A stretch of 64,000 bases of DNA from Candidatus Babeliales bacterium (GTDB lineage Bacteria > Babelota > Babeliae > Babelales > JANWKD01): the NCBI GenBank assembly GCA_963722075.1, contig CAVRJM010000001.1, forward strand, positions 704,001 to 768,000, given 5' to 3'. The translations under genes and the position numbers were made by a program. The notes below the pieces were generated by a model that did no database searches, was not told where the DNA came from, and worked only from the letters and a program-made list of their open reading frames with translations. Shown piece by piece: positions 42,521-52,600 of this stretch. Positions within the stretch are counted from its first letter, which is position 1. Each line of letters opens with the position of its first letter.

Positions 42521-42626
42521 ATTACTGGATCCCTACGGCCTAAAGGCCTCTGGATGACATTTTAATCATCATGTCATTCTGACCCGCCGTAGCTTTTAGC
42601 GAAGGCTGGGGTAAGAATCCAGTAAT
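42521..42626. repeat. Family A element (tail to tail) with one family B unit (42583-42610) in the loop of the second arm
   Basis: ATTACTGGATCC...GGATGACA...TGTCATTCTGA[CCCGCCGTAGCTTTTAGCGAAGGCTGGG]GTAAGAATCCAGTAAT. Confidence 0.85.
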
Positions 42627-42636
42627 ATATTATACT

Positions 42637-44844
42637 TTAATTGAATATACCTTCTTCACGGAGTAAATCCATTGCAATATTCAATAGCGATTTACCTTCT
42701 TCTAGTTTATAAGGACGTACCCATTTACCTTCTGCATCTTTATAAACCGTAACCTTATAATTCTTGTAATGTTCATCAGAAAGTTCATCAGTTAAGCGCG
42801 GGAAGTGCGTAGCAATAGTGCAAAGACTATTATTCATCGCACCTAATTCTTGTGCAAACAATAATGCTGCCTCTTCACCTTCTTTTGGAGAGGTACCACT
42901 AAACACTTCATCAATGATAGTGAAACTAAATTCGCCTTCAGTAAGAGCACGCACTGAGTTAATCAATGCTTTAGCACGCAATACTTCTGCTTTAAATAAT
43001 GAAGTTCCCGCTGTTAAATCATCGGTAATATTTAAGTAACAGTTCAAGTTTGCAAATAACGTAAAGATTAACGATTTTGCCGGTGCAATACCTAAGGTTT
43101 GCGCTAACAGAATATTTATTAAGAGCCCTTTAATAACAGTAGATTTACCACCCGTATTAGGACCGGTTAAAATAATATTGTTTGGATTTTTTTCACCAAT
43201 TAAAATACTGTTAACCACTACCGTATAGGCATCAATAAAGAGATTCCAGAATTCTTCTGCAGTAAGTGAAGCATCTAAACTCTTATCAATAAATTCAGGC
43301 ATACAGAATTGAGCCGGCGTATTTTGATGCTTTGAATATAATTTTGCGGTAGAAAGATATGCGTCTAGTTGACCTGCTGCTGCACATGCAGGAACTAATT
43401 CTTCGTTTACTTTTTGCATTAAGCGATGTGCTGCTAGTACGCGCCCCGATAATGAAAATACTGATGCGTCACCGGTAAACGTATTATGATCCAAGATTTC
43501 TAGTAATTTCTTTGCATCCGCAGATAAAGAAGATTGCTCTGTAAATAGGTTATTTAATGCAGAAACGTCGATTAACTCGGATAAAACCGGATCAGTATTA
43601 ATAATAGCTGTTAATGTTTTGAGCGCATTAATATATGAAGCAACGGCAATCATACGCGTTTGCAGATGATTAATAATTGCTTGCTTTAATTGAGCATCTT
43701 GAACTGCTTTATAGGCTGAATAGCCATACCACGCTGTTAATAAGCCCGGGATTACCCAATTAAATGCTATACCGATATTTCTCACTACCGGCGTAACATT
43801 TTTAAGCCAATAGATGCGATCACCTAAGGTGTGTGGCGGCTTAAATTGTAATTTTCCCTGACGTTGTTCTAGCGATAAATCTTTGAAAGATTTTTGGGCA
43901 AAGATATCAAACCCATTTTTATCAACGCCGACCTTGTCACTCCAATCAGTAAACATTTCGGCATCTAAACCCTTATAGGCATCTAAACGCGGATCAAATT
44001 CATCAGGCAATGTCTTTATAGCTTCAACTGCACCTTCTTTTAGTAATTGTTTTACTGATGGTAAATCCTGATGGCCCTTTTTCATCATTACTTCGCCAGT
44101 CTTAGTTAAGGTTCTACTGGCAAACGCTAAAGAAGGAAGCATGGAAAGACTAAAAAAAGTGCCTAAATTATCTAAACGGGTAACAATTTCAAGTGCTAAT
44201 GGGCTATTATTTAAAAAGTTTAATCGCTCCCCCCAATATACCTTCTTAAATAACTCTTCATTTACCACATTTTCTTTTTGAAAATAGCTAATAAAATATG
44301 GTTCAGCGGCTTTAATGACTGCTAATTGTTCTTGGATAGCAGTAAGCACCTGTTCATTTTTTAATAAATACTGAATAATTTGTTGGCGGTTGCGCAATAA
44401 TGCAGCATCATAAGTTGGTTGCCCCAATTGGCGCGCAAGCATAACGTACCCAAAAACGGTTTCAGTTTCATTAACTTTATTTAATAAACTGTTTTTTGGC
44501 TGCTCTTCACCAACATATAATTCCATCTTTTTTAAAAACGTTTTATCAAGTGAGCTGCTTTTAACAAATGGCTGCTCTGCCAATTTGCATAGCTGGTCCA
44601 TCACTAAATAACACATTTTATCATGAGATGGTTGCTCTATTTGCAACGTTAATTTTTTCTTTGTATCAACTACCACCTCTTCTTCTTGCTGGATATCTAA
44701 TGATTTATTAAAAAGATCTTTAATAGCAGTAAAAATAGATGATTGTTGTACAACTTGTTGATTAGTACAAGAAATAAATTGAATAGTTACTATAAAAAAA
44801 AGAAAAAAACTAAGCCGTTGTGCTTTTATTGAATATGTGAACAT
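42637..44844 (-). CDS. MutS-related ATPase (core and domain V) with N-terminal and internal hydrophobic segments
   Basis: GPNTGGKST, SLFKAEV, IIDEVFSGT and ATHF; start may extend to TTG 44883. Confidence 0.87.
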   Translation of the reverse strand: MFTYSIKAQRLSFFLFFIVTIQFISCTNQQVVQQSSIFTAIKDLFNKSLDIQQEEEVVVDTKKKLTLQIEQPSHDKMCYLVMDQLCKLAEQPFVKSSSLDKTFLKKMELYVGEEQPKNSLLNKVNETETVFGYVMLARQLGQPTYDAALLRNRQQIIQYLLKNEQVLTAIQEQLAVIKAAEPYFISYFQKENVVNEELFKKVYWGERLNFLNNSPLALEIVTRLDNLGTFFSLSMLPSLAFASRTLTKTGEVMMKKGHQDLPSVKQLLKEGAVEAIKTLPDEFDPRLDAYKGLDAEMFTDWSDKVGVDKNGFDIFAQKSFKDLSLEQRQGKLQFKPPHTLGDRIYWLKNVTPVVRNIGIAFNWVIPGLLTAWYGYSAYKAVQDAQLKQAIINHLQTRMIAVASYINALKTLTAIINTDPVLSELIDVSALNNLFTEQSSLSADAKKLLEILDHNTFTGDASVFSLSGRVLAAHRLMQKVNEELVPACAAAGQLDAYLSTAKLYSKHQNTPAQFCMPEFIDKSLDASLTAEEFWNLFIDAYTVVVNSILIGEKNPNNIILTGPNTGGKSTVIKGLLINILLAQTLGIAPAKSLIFTLFANLNCYLNITDDLTAGTSLFKAEVLRAKALINSVRALTEGEFSFTIIDEVFSGTSPKEGEEAALLFAQELGAMNNSLCTIATHFPRLTDELSDEHYKNYKVTVYKDAEGKWVRPYKLEEGKSLLNIAMDLLREEGIFN

Positions 44845-45162
44845 ATATAATACCTTTAGTATGAGATAATAATGAAGAAACAAGAATGTTTTTTGTGTAT
44901 GAACAGCCTCCTAGAAAATAATGCAACTCTAATAATAATGTTAAAAACCACAACCATTACCATTTGATAATAATAATGTTTTTTTTATGTGCCTGCAAAT
45001 TGCAATAACGCTAAAAATCCGCTTTAGAATTACCTTTTATGAAGCCAGCAAACTACGCTCAGGGCACAGTAATTATTAAATAAATGTCAGAAAAAGTTGA
45101 AATCTTTATGAAAACCAATATTATTAACGTAAATTACCTCTTAAAATTGAAATTAATAATCG

Positions 45163-45248
45163 GGCGAGATTCCCGAGCGGTCAAAGGGGACGGACTGTAA
45201 ATCCGTTGGCTTATGTCTTCGTAGGTTCGAATCCTACTCTCGCCACCA
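45163..45248 (+). tRNA. tRNA-Tyr(GTA)
   Basis: GGCGAGA/TCTCGCC acceptor stem, CT-GTA-AA loop, long variable arm, GTTCGAATC, encoded CCA. Confidence 0.97.
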
Positions 45249-45355
45249 GTCATTTCCTTCAGAAATGCCTGGCAGGCCAGTCCTTTTTAAGGAAGGCATA
45301 ATTGGTAGGTAGCGTAGGCTGCTTGCGCGCCATAGCTCACAGAGCGATGGCGGGA
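45249..45355 (+). repeat. Degenerate tRNA-trailer repeat plus inverted 34-nt B unit (45322-45355)
   Basis: GCCTGGCAGGCCAG, GCGTAGGCTG and CTTGCGCGCCATAGCTC...GAGCGATGGCGGGA. Confidence 0.65.
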
Positions 45356-45412
45356 GAAAAGAGTGAAGACAGCCACATTGGCTTCAAGAAAAATTATATT
45401 GAAATAGTATGC

Positions 45413-45488
45413 GCGGGAATAGCTCAATTGGTAGAGCGGCAGCCTTCCAAGCTGTAGGTTGCGGGTTCGAGTCCCGTTTCCCGCTCCA
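45413..45488 (+). tRNA. tRNA-Gly(TCC)
   Basis: GCGGGAA/TTCCCGC stem, CT-TCC-AA loop, CCA. Confidence 0.97.
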
Positions 45489-45608
45489 GTATTCGCTCCT
45501 ATGGAGCTTCGCCTGGCACGGCCAGAAATTAGCCCAAGACGTGTCCGACGAAGCTTGCCAAGCCGGAAGGCCTGGATAAGCGTAGGCTGTACTACTAAAA
45601 AAGCGAAG
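45489..45608 (+). repeat. tRNA-trailer repeat
   Basis: Close match to 46179-46296 (TTCGCTCCTATGGAGCTTCGCCTGGCAC.GCCAGAAATTAGC...TAAGCGTAG...AAAAGCGAAG). Confidence 0.85.
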
Positions 45609-45634
45609 GATTAATTTTAAGAGCATTTTATTAT

Positions 45635-45710
45635 GCTGGCGTAGCTCAGTTGGTAGAGCAACTGATTTGTAATCAGTAGGTCGCGGGTTCAAATCCTGTC
45701 GCCAGCTCCA
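45635..45710 (+). tRNA. tRNA-Thr(TGT)
   Basis: GCTGGCG/CGCCAGC stem, TT-TGT-AA loop, CCA. Confidence 0.97.
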
Positions 45711-45958
45711 ATCTTCGCCTTCACGAGAAAGACTTCGAAGGTAAGTTTGGCTTCGATTGGCTGCGCTGCTATCGGCTTGAAATGATGCGAAGATTGTCCG
45801 TCGTAGTTCAGTTACACTTCGATGATATTCTACCGCAAACGAAGACTGGACTAATCCGCCTGGCACGGCCAGAAATTAGCGAAGACTGCTTGCGCGCCAT
45901 AGCTCGAAGAGCGACGGCTGGATGCCAAACCGGAAGGCATGGATAAGCGTAGGCGGAC
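45711..45958 (+). repeat. Divergent tRNA-trailer repeat followed by a partial second copy carrying an inverted 34-nt B unit (45889-45922)
   Basis: CAATCTTCGC/GCGAAGATTG stem; GCCTGGCACGGCCAGAAATTAGCGAAGACTG; GGATAAGCGTAGGCGGAC. Confidence 0.75.
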
Positions 45959-46103
45959 ATAGCTAGTAACAACATAGGAATTGAGATTATCAAAGCGTCA
46001 AGCGAAGACGGACAAAAAGATAAGCAATTATAAGCAACTAATAGATAAAAATGAGTTGTGTTTTTCTAATTTTTTATTTATTCTATAACATACTCATGCT
46101 TTA

Positions 46104-46178
<75 letters not shown>

Positions 46179-46296
46179 GTCTTCGCTCCTATGGAGCTTC
46201 GCCTGGCACTGCCAGAAATTAGCGAAGACTGTCCGGTGAAGCTTACCAAGCCTAAAGGCGTGGGTAAGCGTAGTCTGGACTTACATAAAAGCGAAG
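46179..46296 (+). repeat. tRNA-trailer repeat (best preserved copy)
   Basis: CAGTCTTCGCT (46177-46187) is complementary to AGCGAAGACTG (46221-46231); then GTCCGGTGAAGCTT...AAGCGTAGTCTGGAC. Confidence 0.85.
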
Positions 46297-46335
46297 AACG
46301 TATAGAGAAATTGTAAAAGTTAAAATTGGTGATTT

Positions 46336-46494
46336 ATGGCGAAAAATAGAGTGACAACTCACTTAACATGTGAAGAGTGCAAAGAACGTAACTATACTCA
46401 AGTTGTCGGGAAAAAAAGAACGGTTGGAACATTAAAATTAAAAAAATTCTGTTCCCGCTGTCGTAAGCATAATCCCCATAAGGAAGCCAAATAG
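46336..46494 (+). CDS. rpmG: 50S ribosomal protein L33 (zinc-binding CxxC form); not in the ORF track
   Basis: Manual translation MAKNRVTTHLTCEECKERNYTQ...KLKKFCSRCRKHNPHKEAK. Confidence 0.95.
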   Translation: MAKNRVTTHLTCEECKERNYTQVVGKKRTVGTLKLKKFCSRCRKHNPHKEAK

Positions 46495-46501
46495 ATTTTG
46501 G

Positions 46502-46578
46502 AGGCCAGTAGCTCGAATTGGTAGAGCGGCAGACTCCAAATCTGCGGGTTGGGGGTTCGAATCCCTCCTGGCCTGCCA
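46502..46578 (+). tRNA. tRNA-Trp(CCA)
   Basis: AGGCCAG/CTGGCCT stem, CT-CCA-AA loop, CCA; canonical position before secE. Confidence 0.97.
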
Positions 46579-46622
46579 AAAAAAATTTTTTGTAATAAAT
46601 AATAATATACCCTGGTGATGTA

Positions 46623-46802
46623 ATGAAAAATGTAAGTCAGTTTTTTAATGAGGTTGCCATTGAACTTTCTAAGATCATATGGCCAAGTATTGATGAATTA
46701 GTTGGATCAGTAATCATAGTTTTAATTCTGGTCGTTGCATTTTCTATTTATTTGGGTGTTGTTGATTTTGTATTTTATAGACTTGCTCAACAGATTTTTT
46801 AA
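46623..46802 (+). CDS. secE: Preprotein translocase SecE; not in the ORF track
   Basis: Manual translation MKNVSQFFNEVAIELSKIIWPSIDEL plus one TM helix (59 aa). Confidence 0.93.
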   Translation: MKNVSQFFNEVAIELSKIIWPSIDELVGSVIIVLILVVAFSIYLGVVDFVFYRLAQQIF

Positions 46803-46846
46803 ATGCAATGCAAGTTACAATAACGGCTACAGAACGGATACTTTAG

Positions 46847-47380
46847 ATGAAACGTTGGTATGTTGCTCAAGTTTATGCGGGGTATGAAGACGCAATTAAA
46901 GCTGATCTTTTACACCATATTGCTCAGAGCCCGCTTAAAGATTATTTTGGTGAAATTCTTATTCCTTCTGCAAAGTTAAAACCTTTATTTGATAGTGCAC
47001 TAACACCCCAAGAAGGGAAAAATGAACAGCAACTCTTTCCTGGCTATTTGCTTATAGAGATGGAAGCATTGCCAGAATCGATTAGGCTCGTACAAACAAC
47101 TCCTCGTATTTCTCGGTTTTTAGGAGGTTCACATCCCATACCACTCTCTCAAAAAGAAATTGACCGTATCATTGGTCAAATAAAAGGAGAAGTGGCGGTA
47201 GCACCCAAGAAAAGCGAGTTTTCTATGGGAACAGAAATTGAAATTAAGGAAGGACCCTTTGCAGGATTTATGGGCATTATCGACAAAATTGATGAGGAAA
47301 ATGAAAGGCTTACTGTTATGGTAAGTATTTTCGGTAGAATGACTCCAGTAGAATTAGGATTTGATCAAATAAAACGTTAA
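46847..47380 (+). CDS. nusG: Transcription termination/antitermination factor NusG
   Basis: RWYV, FPGYL, KOW EGPFAGF and IFGRMTPVEL. Confidence 0.97.
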   Translation: MKRWYVAQVYAGYEDAIKADLLHHIAQSPLKDYFGEILIPSAKLKPLFDSALTPQEGKNEQQLFPGYLLIEMEALPESIRLVQTTPRISRFLGGSHPIPLSQKEIDRIIGQIKGEVAVAPKKSEFSMGTEIEIKEGPFAGFMGIIDKIDEENERLTVMVSIFGRMTPVELGFDQIKR

Positions 47381-47397
47381 ATTAAATAGGTTTAAAA

Positions 47398-47823
47398 ATG
47401 GCAAAAGAAGTTAAAGCAAGTATTAAGGTTTTAATTCAAGGTGGCGCTGCGAATCCAGCACCGCCAGTAGGTTCCGCTCTTGGTCCCCATGGCGTTAATA
47501 TCATGGAATTTTGTAAACAATTCAACGCTAAAACAGCAAATCGTAAAGGTGAAACTGTTCCCGTTGTTATTACTGTTTATAAAGATAAGTCTTTTGATTT
47601 CATTATAAAAACACCACCTACTTCAGAATTAATTAAAAAGAAGATTAATGTTCCAAAGGGATCATCAAAGCCCAATACTGATAAAGTGGGAAGAATTTCA
47701 TGGAATGCAGTAGAAGAAATAGCAAAAATTAAATTGCCAGATTTAAATGCGTTTTCTTTAGATCAAGCAAAGAAGATAGTAGCTGGAACAGCACGCAGTA
47801 TGGGTATTGACGTAATTGATTGA
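47398..47823 (+). CDS. rplK: 50S ribosomal protein L11
   Basis: [22 protein letters not shown] and GTARSMG. Confidence 0.98.
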   Translation: MAKEVKASIKVLIQGGAANPAPPVGSALGPHGVNIMEFCKQFNAKTANRKGETVPVVITVYKDKSFDFIIKTPPTSELIKKKINVPKGSSKPNTDKVGRISWNAVEEIAKIKLPDLNAFSLDQAKKIVAGTARSMGIDVID

Positions 47824-47834
47824 GGTAAAATTAT

Positions 47835-48530
47835 ATGGCATTGCAGGGTAAAAAATATAGAAACGCTAAAGATAAACTTCCCCAAGATAAACAATTTTCT
47901 TTAGTAGATGGTTTAACTAAATTAAAAGAACTGGCTCACGCACAGTTTGATGAATCAATTGATGCTCACGTAAATATTGGTATTGACCCTTCAAAAGGGG
48001 AGCAATCAGTTCGTGGCTCAGTAGTATTGCCATTTGGATCAGGCAAAAAAACGCGTGTTATTGTTTTTGCTAAAGGCGATTATGCTGAACAAGCAAAAAA
48101 AGCAGGCGCTGATTACATTGGAACTGATGATCTAATTGATAAAATTTTAGGTGGTTGGCTCGATTTTGAGTATGCCGTTGCAACACCCGATATTATGGGA
48201 TTAGTAGGTAAACTCGCAAAAATATTAGGGCCTAAAGGGCTTCTTCCTAATAAAAAAGTAGGCACCGTCACCTTTGAAGTTGCTGATATTGTTCAAGATT
48301 TAAAAAAAGGTCGTACTTTTTTTAAAAATGACAAAAATGCAATCATTCATTTTACTTTTGGAAAAAAATCATTTGATGTTAAGCATTTGCAGGAAAACAT
48401 TACCGCTTTTATGAAAGCATTAGCATCCTCAAAACCTGCAACATCCAAAGGGAAATTCATAAAAAAACTTACTATAACTCCTACTATGGGGCCTGGAATT
48501 CCAATTAATTTAGAAGAACTAAAACTGTAA
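47835..48530 (+). CDS. rplA: 50S ribosomal protein L1
   Basis: FDESID, LGPKGLLPNKKVGTVT and TMGPG. Confidence 0.97.
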   Translation: MALQGKKYRNAKDKLPQDKQFSLVDGLTKLKELAHAQFDESIDAHVNIGIDPSKGEQSVRGSVVLPFGSGKKTRVIVFAKGDYAEQAKKAGADYIGTDDLIDKILGGWLDFEYAVATPDIMGLVGKLAKILGPKGLLPNKKVGTVTFEVADIVQDLKKGRTFFKNDKNAIIHFTFGKKSFDVKHLQENITAFMKALASSKPATSKGKFIKKLTITPTMGPGIPINLEELKL

Positions 48531-48548
48531 TTATTAAAGGTATATTAC

Positions 48549-49079
48549 ATGAATCGCCAAGAAAAAGAGCATATTATTCAATCATTAAAGCAAAATTTTG
48601 AACTAAGTCAGGCATCATTTTTAGTAGGATATAAAGGATTAGACGTAGCTCAAGTTATGCAACTACGCAAGAAACTTCACCAACAAGGTGGCTCATTTAA
48701 GGTTGCTAAAGTAACTTTAATGAGACGAGTTGCTTCCGATATGCCTTCTGTAGAAAAGTTAATGCCTTTTTTTAAAGACCAAGTTGCCCTTGTTTTTGCG
48801 CCAGCAGAATCACCTGCTATCGCAAAATTACTCTATGATTTTGCAAAAGAAAACCAGCAACTAACGGTATTAGCAGGATGCATGGATTCAATTCTTTTAA
48901 ATAAAGAATCGGTCAAAATATTAGCATCTTTACCAGCAAAAGAAGTTCTATTAGCTCAAGTATGCGGTGCTATTAAATCACCAATTGCAGGCTTGGTTCA
49001 TGTACTCAATATGCTTATTTTACGATTGCTGTTTGTACTTAAAAAAGTTGAAGAAAAAAAGGCGTCTGGTTCTTTATAA
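48549..49079 (+). CDS. rplJ: 50S ribosomal protein L10
   Basis: YKGLDV..LRKKL, VAKVTL and LASLP; position in the operon. Confidence 0.93.
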   Translation: MNRQEKEHIIQSLKQNFELSQASFLVGYKGLDVAQVMQLRKKLHQQGGSFKVAKVTLMRRVASDMPSVEKLMPFFKDQVALVFAPAESPAIAKLLYDFAKENQQLTVLAGCMDSILLNKESVKILASLPAKEVLLAQVCGAIKSPIAGLVHVLNMLILRLLFVLKKVEEKKASGSL

Positions 49080-49177
49080 ACCACGTGGGCGCCAAATGGA
49101 TAGCATAGGCGACCACTTTTAGTAATTAATGAAGCAAATAGGTACTGTGTATTTTTATTTTATGTACGGAGAATCTT

Positions 49178-49564
49178 ATGGCAACAAAGTCATTTGAACA
49201 AATCATTGATCAAATCGGTAATCTTTCTGTTTTAGAATTAGCAGAATTGGTAAAAGGATTAGAAGAAAAATTTGGTGTATCTGCAGCAATGCCTATGGCA
49301 GCAGCTCCAGCAGCAGGTGCGGCGGCAGCAGAAGCTCCTAAAGCAGAAGAAAAATCTGAATATAAAGTTACACTCAAAGATGGTGGCTCAGAAAAAATCA
49401 AATCTATTAAAGCTCTTCGTCAAGTAACCACCTTAGGTCTTACTGAAGCTAAAAATGCTGTTGATAATGCTCCTACTGTTATTGCAGAAGCAGCATCTAA
49501 AGCAGATGCAATGAAAATGAAAGAAACATTGGAAGCAGCGGGCGCTAAAGTTGAATTAAGCTAA
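49178..49564 (+). CDS. rplL: 50S ribosomal protein L7/L12
   Basis: LEEKFGVSAA, Ala-rich hinge, LGLTEAK and LEAAGAKVEL. Confidence 0.98.
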   Translation: MATKSFEQIIDQIGNLSVLELAELVKGLEEKFGVSAAMPMAAAPAAGAAAAEAPKAEEKSEYKVTLKDGGSEKIKSIKALRQVTTLGLTEAKNAVDNAPTVIAEAASKADAMKMKETLEAAGAKVELS

Positions 49565-49654
49565 ATAGCATAGTAAGGATTAAGTACCATACGTTTAGGC
49601 TATTGATCAACGAGTGAAAAGCAATTATTTATTGATATAAGGAGGAATAATTTA

Positions 49655-52600
49655 ATGTCTAGCCTTCAACTGGGCGCTCATATTATTCGTAAATCTTTTG
49701 GAAAAATTAAAGATATAGTTCAAGTTCCTGACCTCATAGAGATTCAATCTAAGTCTTTTAATGACTTCGTTCAGTTGGATAGACTTCCTTCAGAACGTAC
49801 AATGATTGGTCTTGAAAAGGTTTTAAAGGATATTTTCCCTATAGATTATAATGACAAAATGTCATTAGAATATGTTAGCTATGAACTAGGTTCCTGGTCA
49901 TGTACCTGTAACAAGCTTACCGGTATTGTTAATAGGTATACCTGGCATTGTTCTTCCTGCAAAAAGTCGGATTGTTCTCGATTAAATGATAATTTAGAAT
50001 GCCCTTTTTGTAAGAAAAATACTGCACGCTACAAAACATGTTCTAATTGCTTATCACGGGTTACCGTACAGTTACCCATGACGCTTGAAGAATGCCGTTC
50101 AAGTGGTCAAACGTTTTCAATGCCTTTAAAAATTAAAATACAATTGATCAGCTGGGACGTTAATCCTTCCGGTCAAAAAGTAGTACGTGACATCAAAGAG
50201 CAAGATATATTTTTTGCAGATTTACCGGTAATGGCAAATCTTTATGAACAAGATGGTGTTTTTAAACTTGGTAACCTCGGTACATTCTTAATTAATGGTG
50301 TAGACCGCGTAGTAGTAAGTCAATTGCATCGTTCCCCTGGCGTTGTTTTTGCTCAAAGCAAAAAGGTCAAGGACATTCGCGGTAGACCATACTATATTGC
50401 ACGTATTATACCAATGCGTGGATCATGGCTTGATTTTGAGTTTGATAGTAATGATTTGCTCTATGTTCGAATTGATAAAAAGAAAAAGCTGTTGGTAACA
50501 ACGTTCTTACAAGCACTTGGCGTCACCCGAGATCAAATTATCCCGCTTTTCTATAATTTTGACAAAATTAATTTACAGAATAATGAGTTTTTCAAGAAGG
50601 TTAATACTAATTTATTAGGTCAACGCCTTGAAAAAGGTATGGTTCCAGAAAAAGAAGGGGCTCCTTTTATCGGCATTAGAATCACTAAGGATATCCTTAA
50701 TCAATTGAAAAATGCCGGTATTGATAAGCTTGCTCTTAAAAAAACGCATATCATTAATCGTGTTTTTGCATCAGATGTTATCGATCCAGATACCGGTGAA
50801 ATTATTATCGAACAAGGTCAGGTGGTAACTGAAGATTTATTATCATTATTACTAAAGCATAAAAGCTTGGAATTTGATTTAATTGCTTCTTCAGGATATG
50901 TTTTCCAACCTACTATTGCATTAACGCTTACTCAAGATCGTTGCTATACCCAAGACGAAGCTTTAAAAGAACTGCATAATAAAATATGGCCCGGTGATAG
51001 TTCTTCGTTGAAAGAAATTAAAGAACGCCTTGAATCAATATTATTTAGCAGTAGATTATATGACCTAACTAAGGTTGGTAGAATAAGAATGAACCGAAAA
51101 CTCGGTCTTTCTGTTGCTGAAGATATTGAAGTGCTTACCCGTGAAGATATTTACGCTACTATTAAGTACCTAGTAAACTTACGTGAACTTGGTGAAGGCG
51201 AGCTTGATGATATTGATCATTTAGGTAACCGTCGTGTCCGCTTGGTAGGAGAACTTCTCAATAATCAATTATATCTTGGATTCTTGCGCATTGAACGTAT
51301 TGTTCGAGAACGTTTTAGAATGCAAGAGTTTCATGGCGCACTTATGCCACAAGACTTTCTTAACGTTAAGCCATTAAGCGCTGCGTTACGCGAATTTTTT
51401 GGTACTGGGCAATTATCTCAATTCATGGATCAAACAAATCCATTAGCAGAAATTGCACACAAGCGTCGTCTTTCTGCTCTTGGGCCCGGTGGTGTATTAA
51501 AAGATCGAGCAACTTATGAGATTCGTGACGTTCATACCTCTCACTACGGACGTATCTGCCCTATTGAAACGCCAGAAGGTCAAACCGTTGGTTTAATTTC
51601 ATCACTGGCAACGTATGCAATGGTTAACGATCTCGGGTTTATTGAAACTGCTTACCGTCCGGTAGAAAAAGGTAAGATCAAGGATGAAGTTGTTTTCTTG
51701 GACGCGTTTCAAGAAAATGATAAATACATTGCTCAAGCAAATACCCAACAAGCAAATGCTACCATCAAAGAAGATCGCGTCTTTGCACGCCATGAAGGTA
51801 ACTTCATGTACGTTGATACCGATAAAGTTGATTTCATTGGTTTATCACCAAAAGAACTTGTTTCTGTTTCAACCGCATTAATACCCTTTTTAGAACATGA
51901 TGACGCCAGCCGTGCATTAATGGGTTCTAACATGCAACGACAAGCAGTTCCTTTAATTAAATGCCAACCCCCCGTTGTTGGTACCGGGATGGAACATGAA
52001 ATATGTAAATCATCCGGTGCTGTTATTGTTGCAAAACGAGCTGGTACCGTTGAATATGTTAGTTCAGAAAAAATCATCATTAAATGTGATGAGGCTTCTT
52101 TTAAAAATGTTGAAGATTGGATTGAACAAGGCATCGATACCTATCATTTAAAAAAGTTCCAACGATCAAGTTATAGCACCTGGATTCATCATACCCCTTG
52201 TGTTAAACGAGGAGATCGCGTTGAAGCAGGAACTATTTTAACGCACGGACCTGCAATCAATTCAGGTGAATTAGCGCTGGGATCTAATTTATTAGTAGCC
52301 TTTATGCCATGGCATGGGTACAACTTTGAAGATGCTATCGTCTTAAGCAAGCGACTTGTTGCAGACGATTCATTAAGCTCAGTTCACATTGATGAATATA
52401 TTGTAGATGCACGTGATACCAAACTTGGGCCTGAAGAAATTACCAAAGATATACCAAATGTTAGTGATACCGCGCTTTCAAGCTTGGATGAAGACGGTAT
52501 TGTACGTATTGGTACCCGCGTAAAAGCAGGCGATATCCTTGTTGGTAAAGTTACGCTTAAGGGAGATATCCAATTTTCTCCTGAAGAAAAATTATTGCGG

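Noticed and set aside
48531..48548. L10 leader RNA upstream of rplJ
   Set aside because: The rplA-rplJ gap is only 18 nt, too short for the leader.
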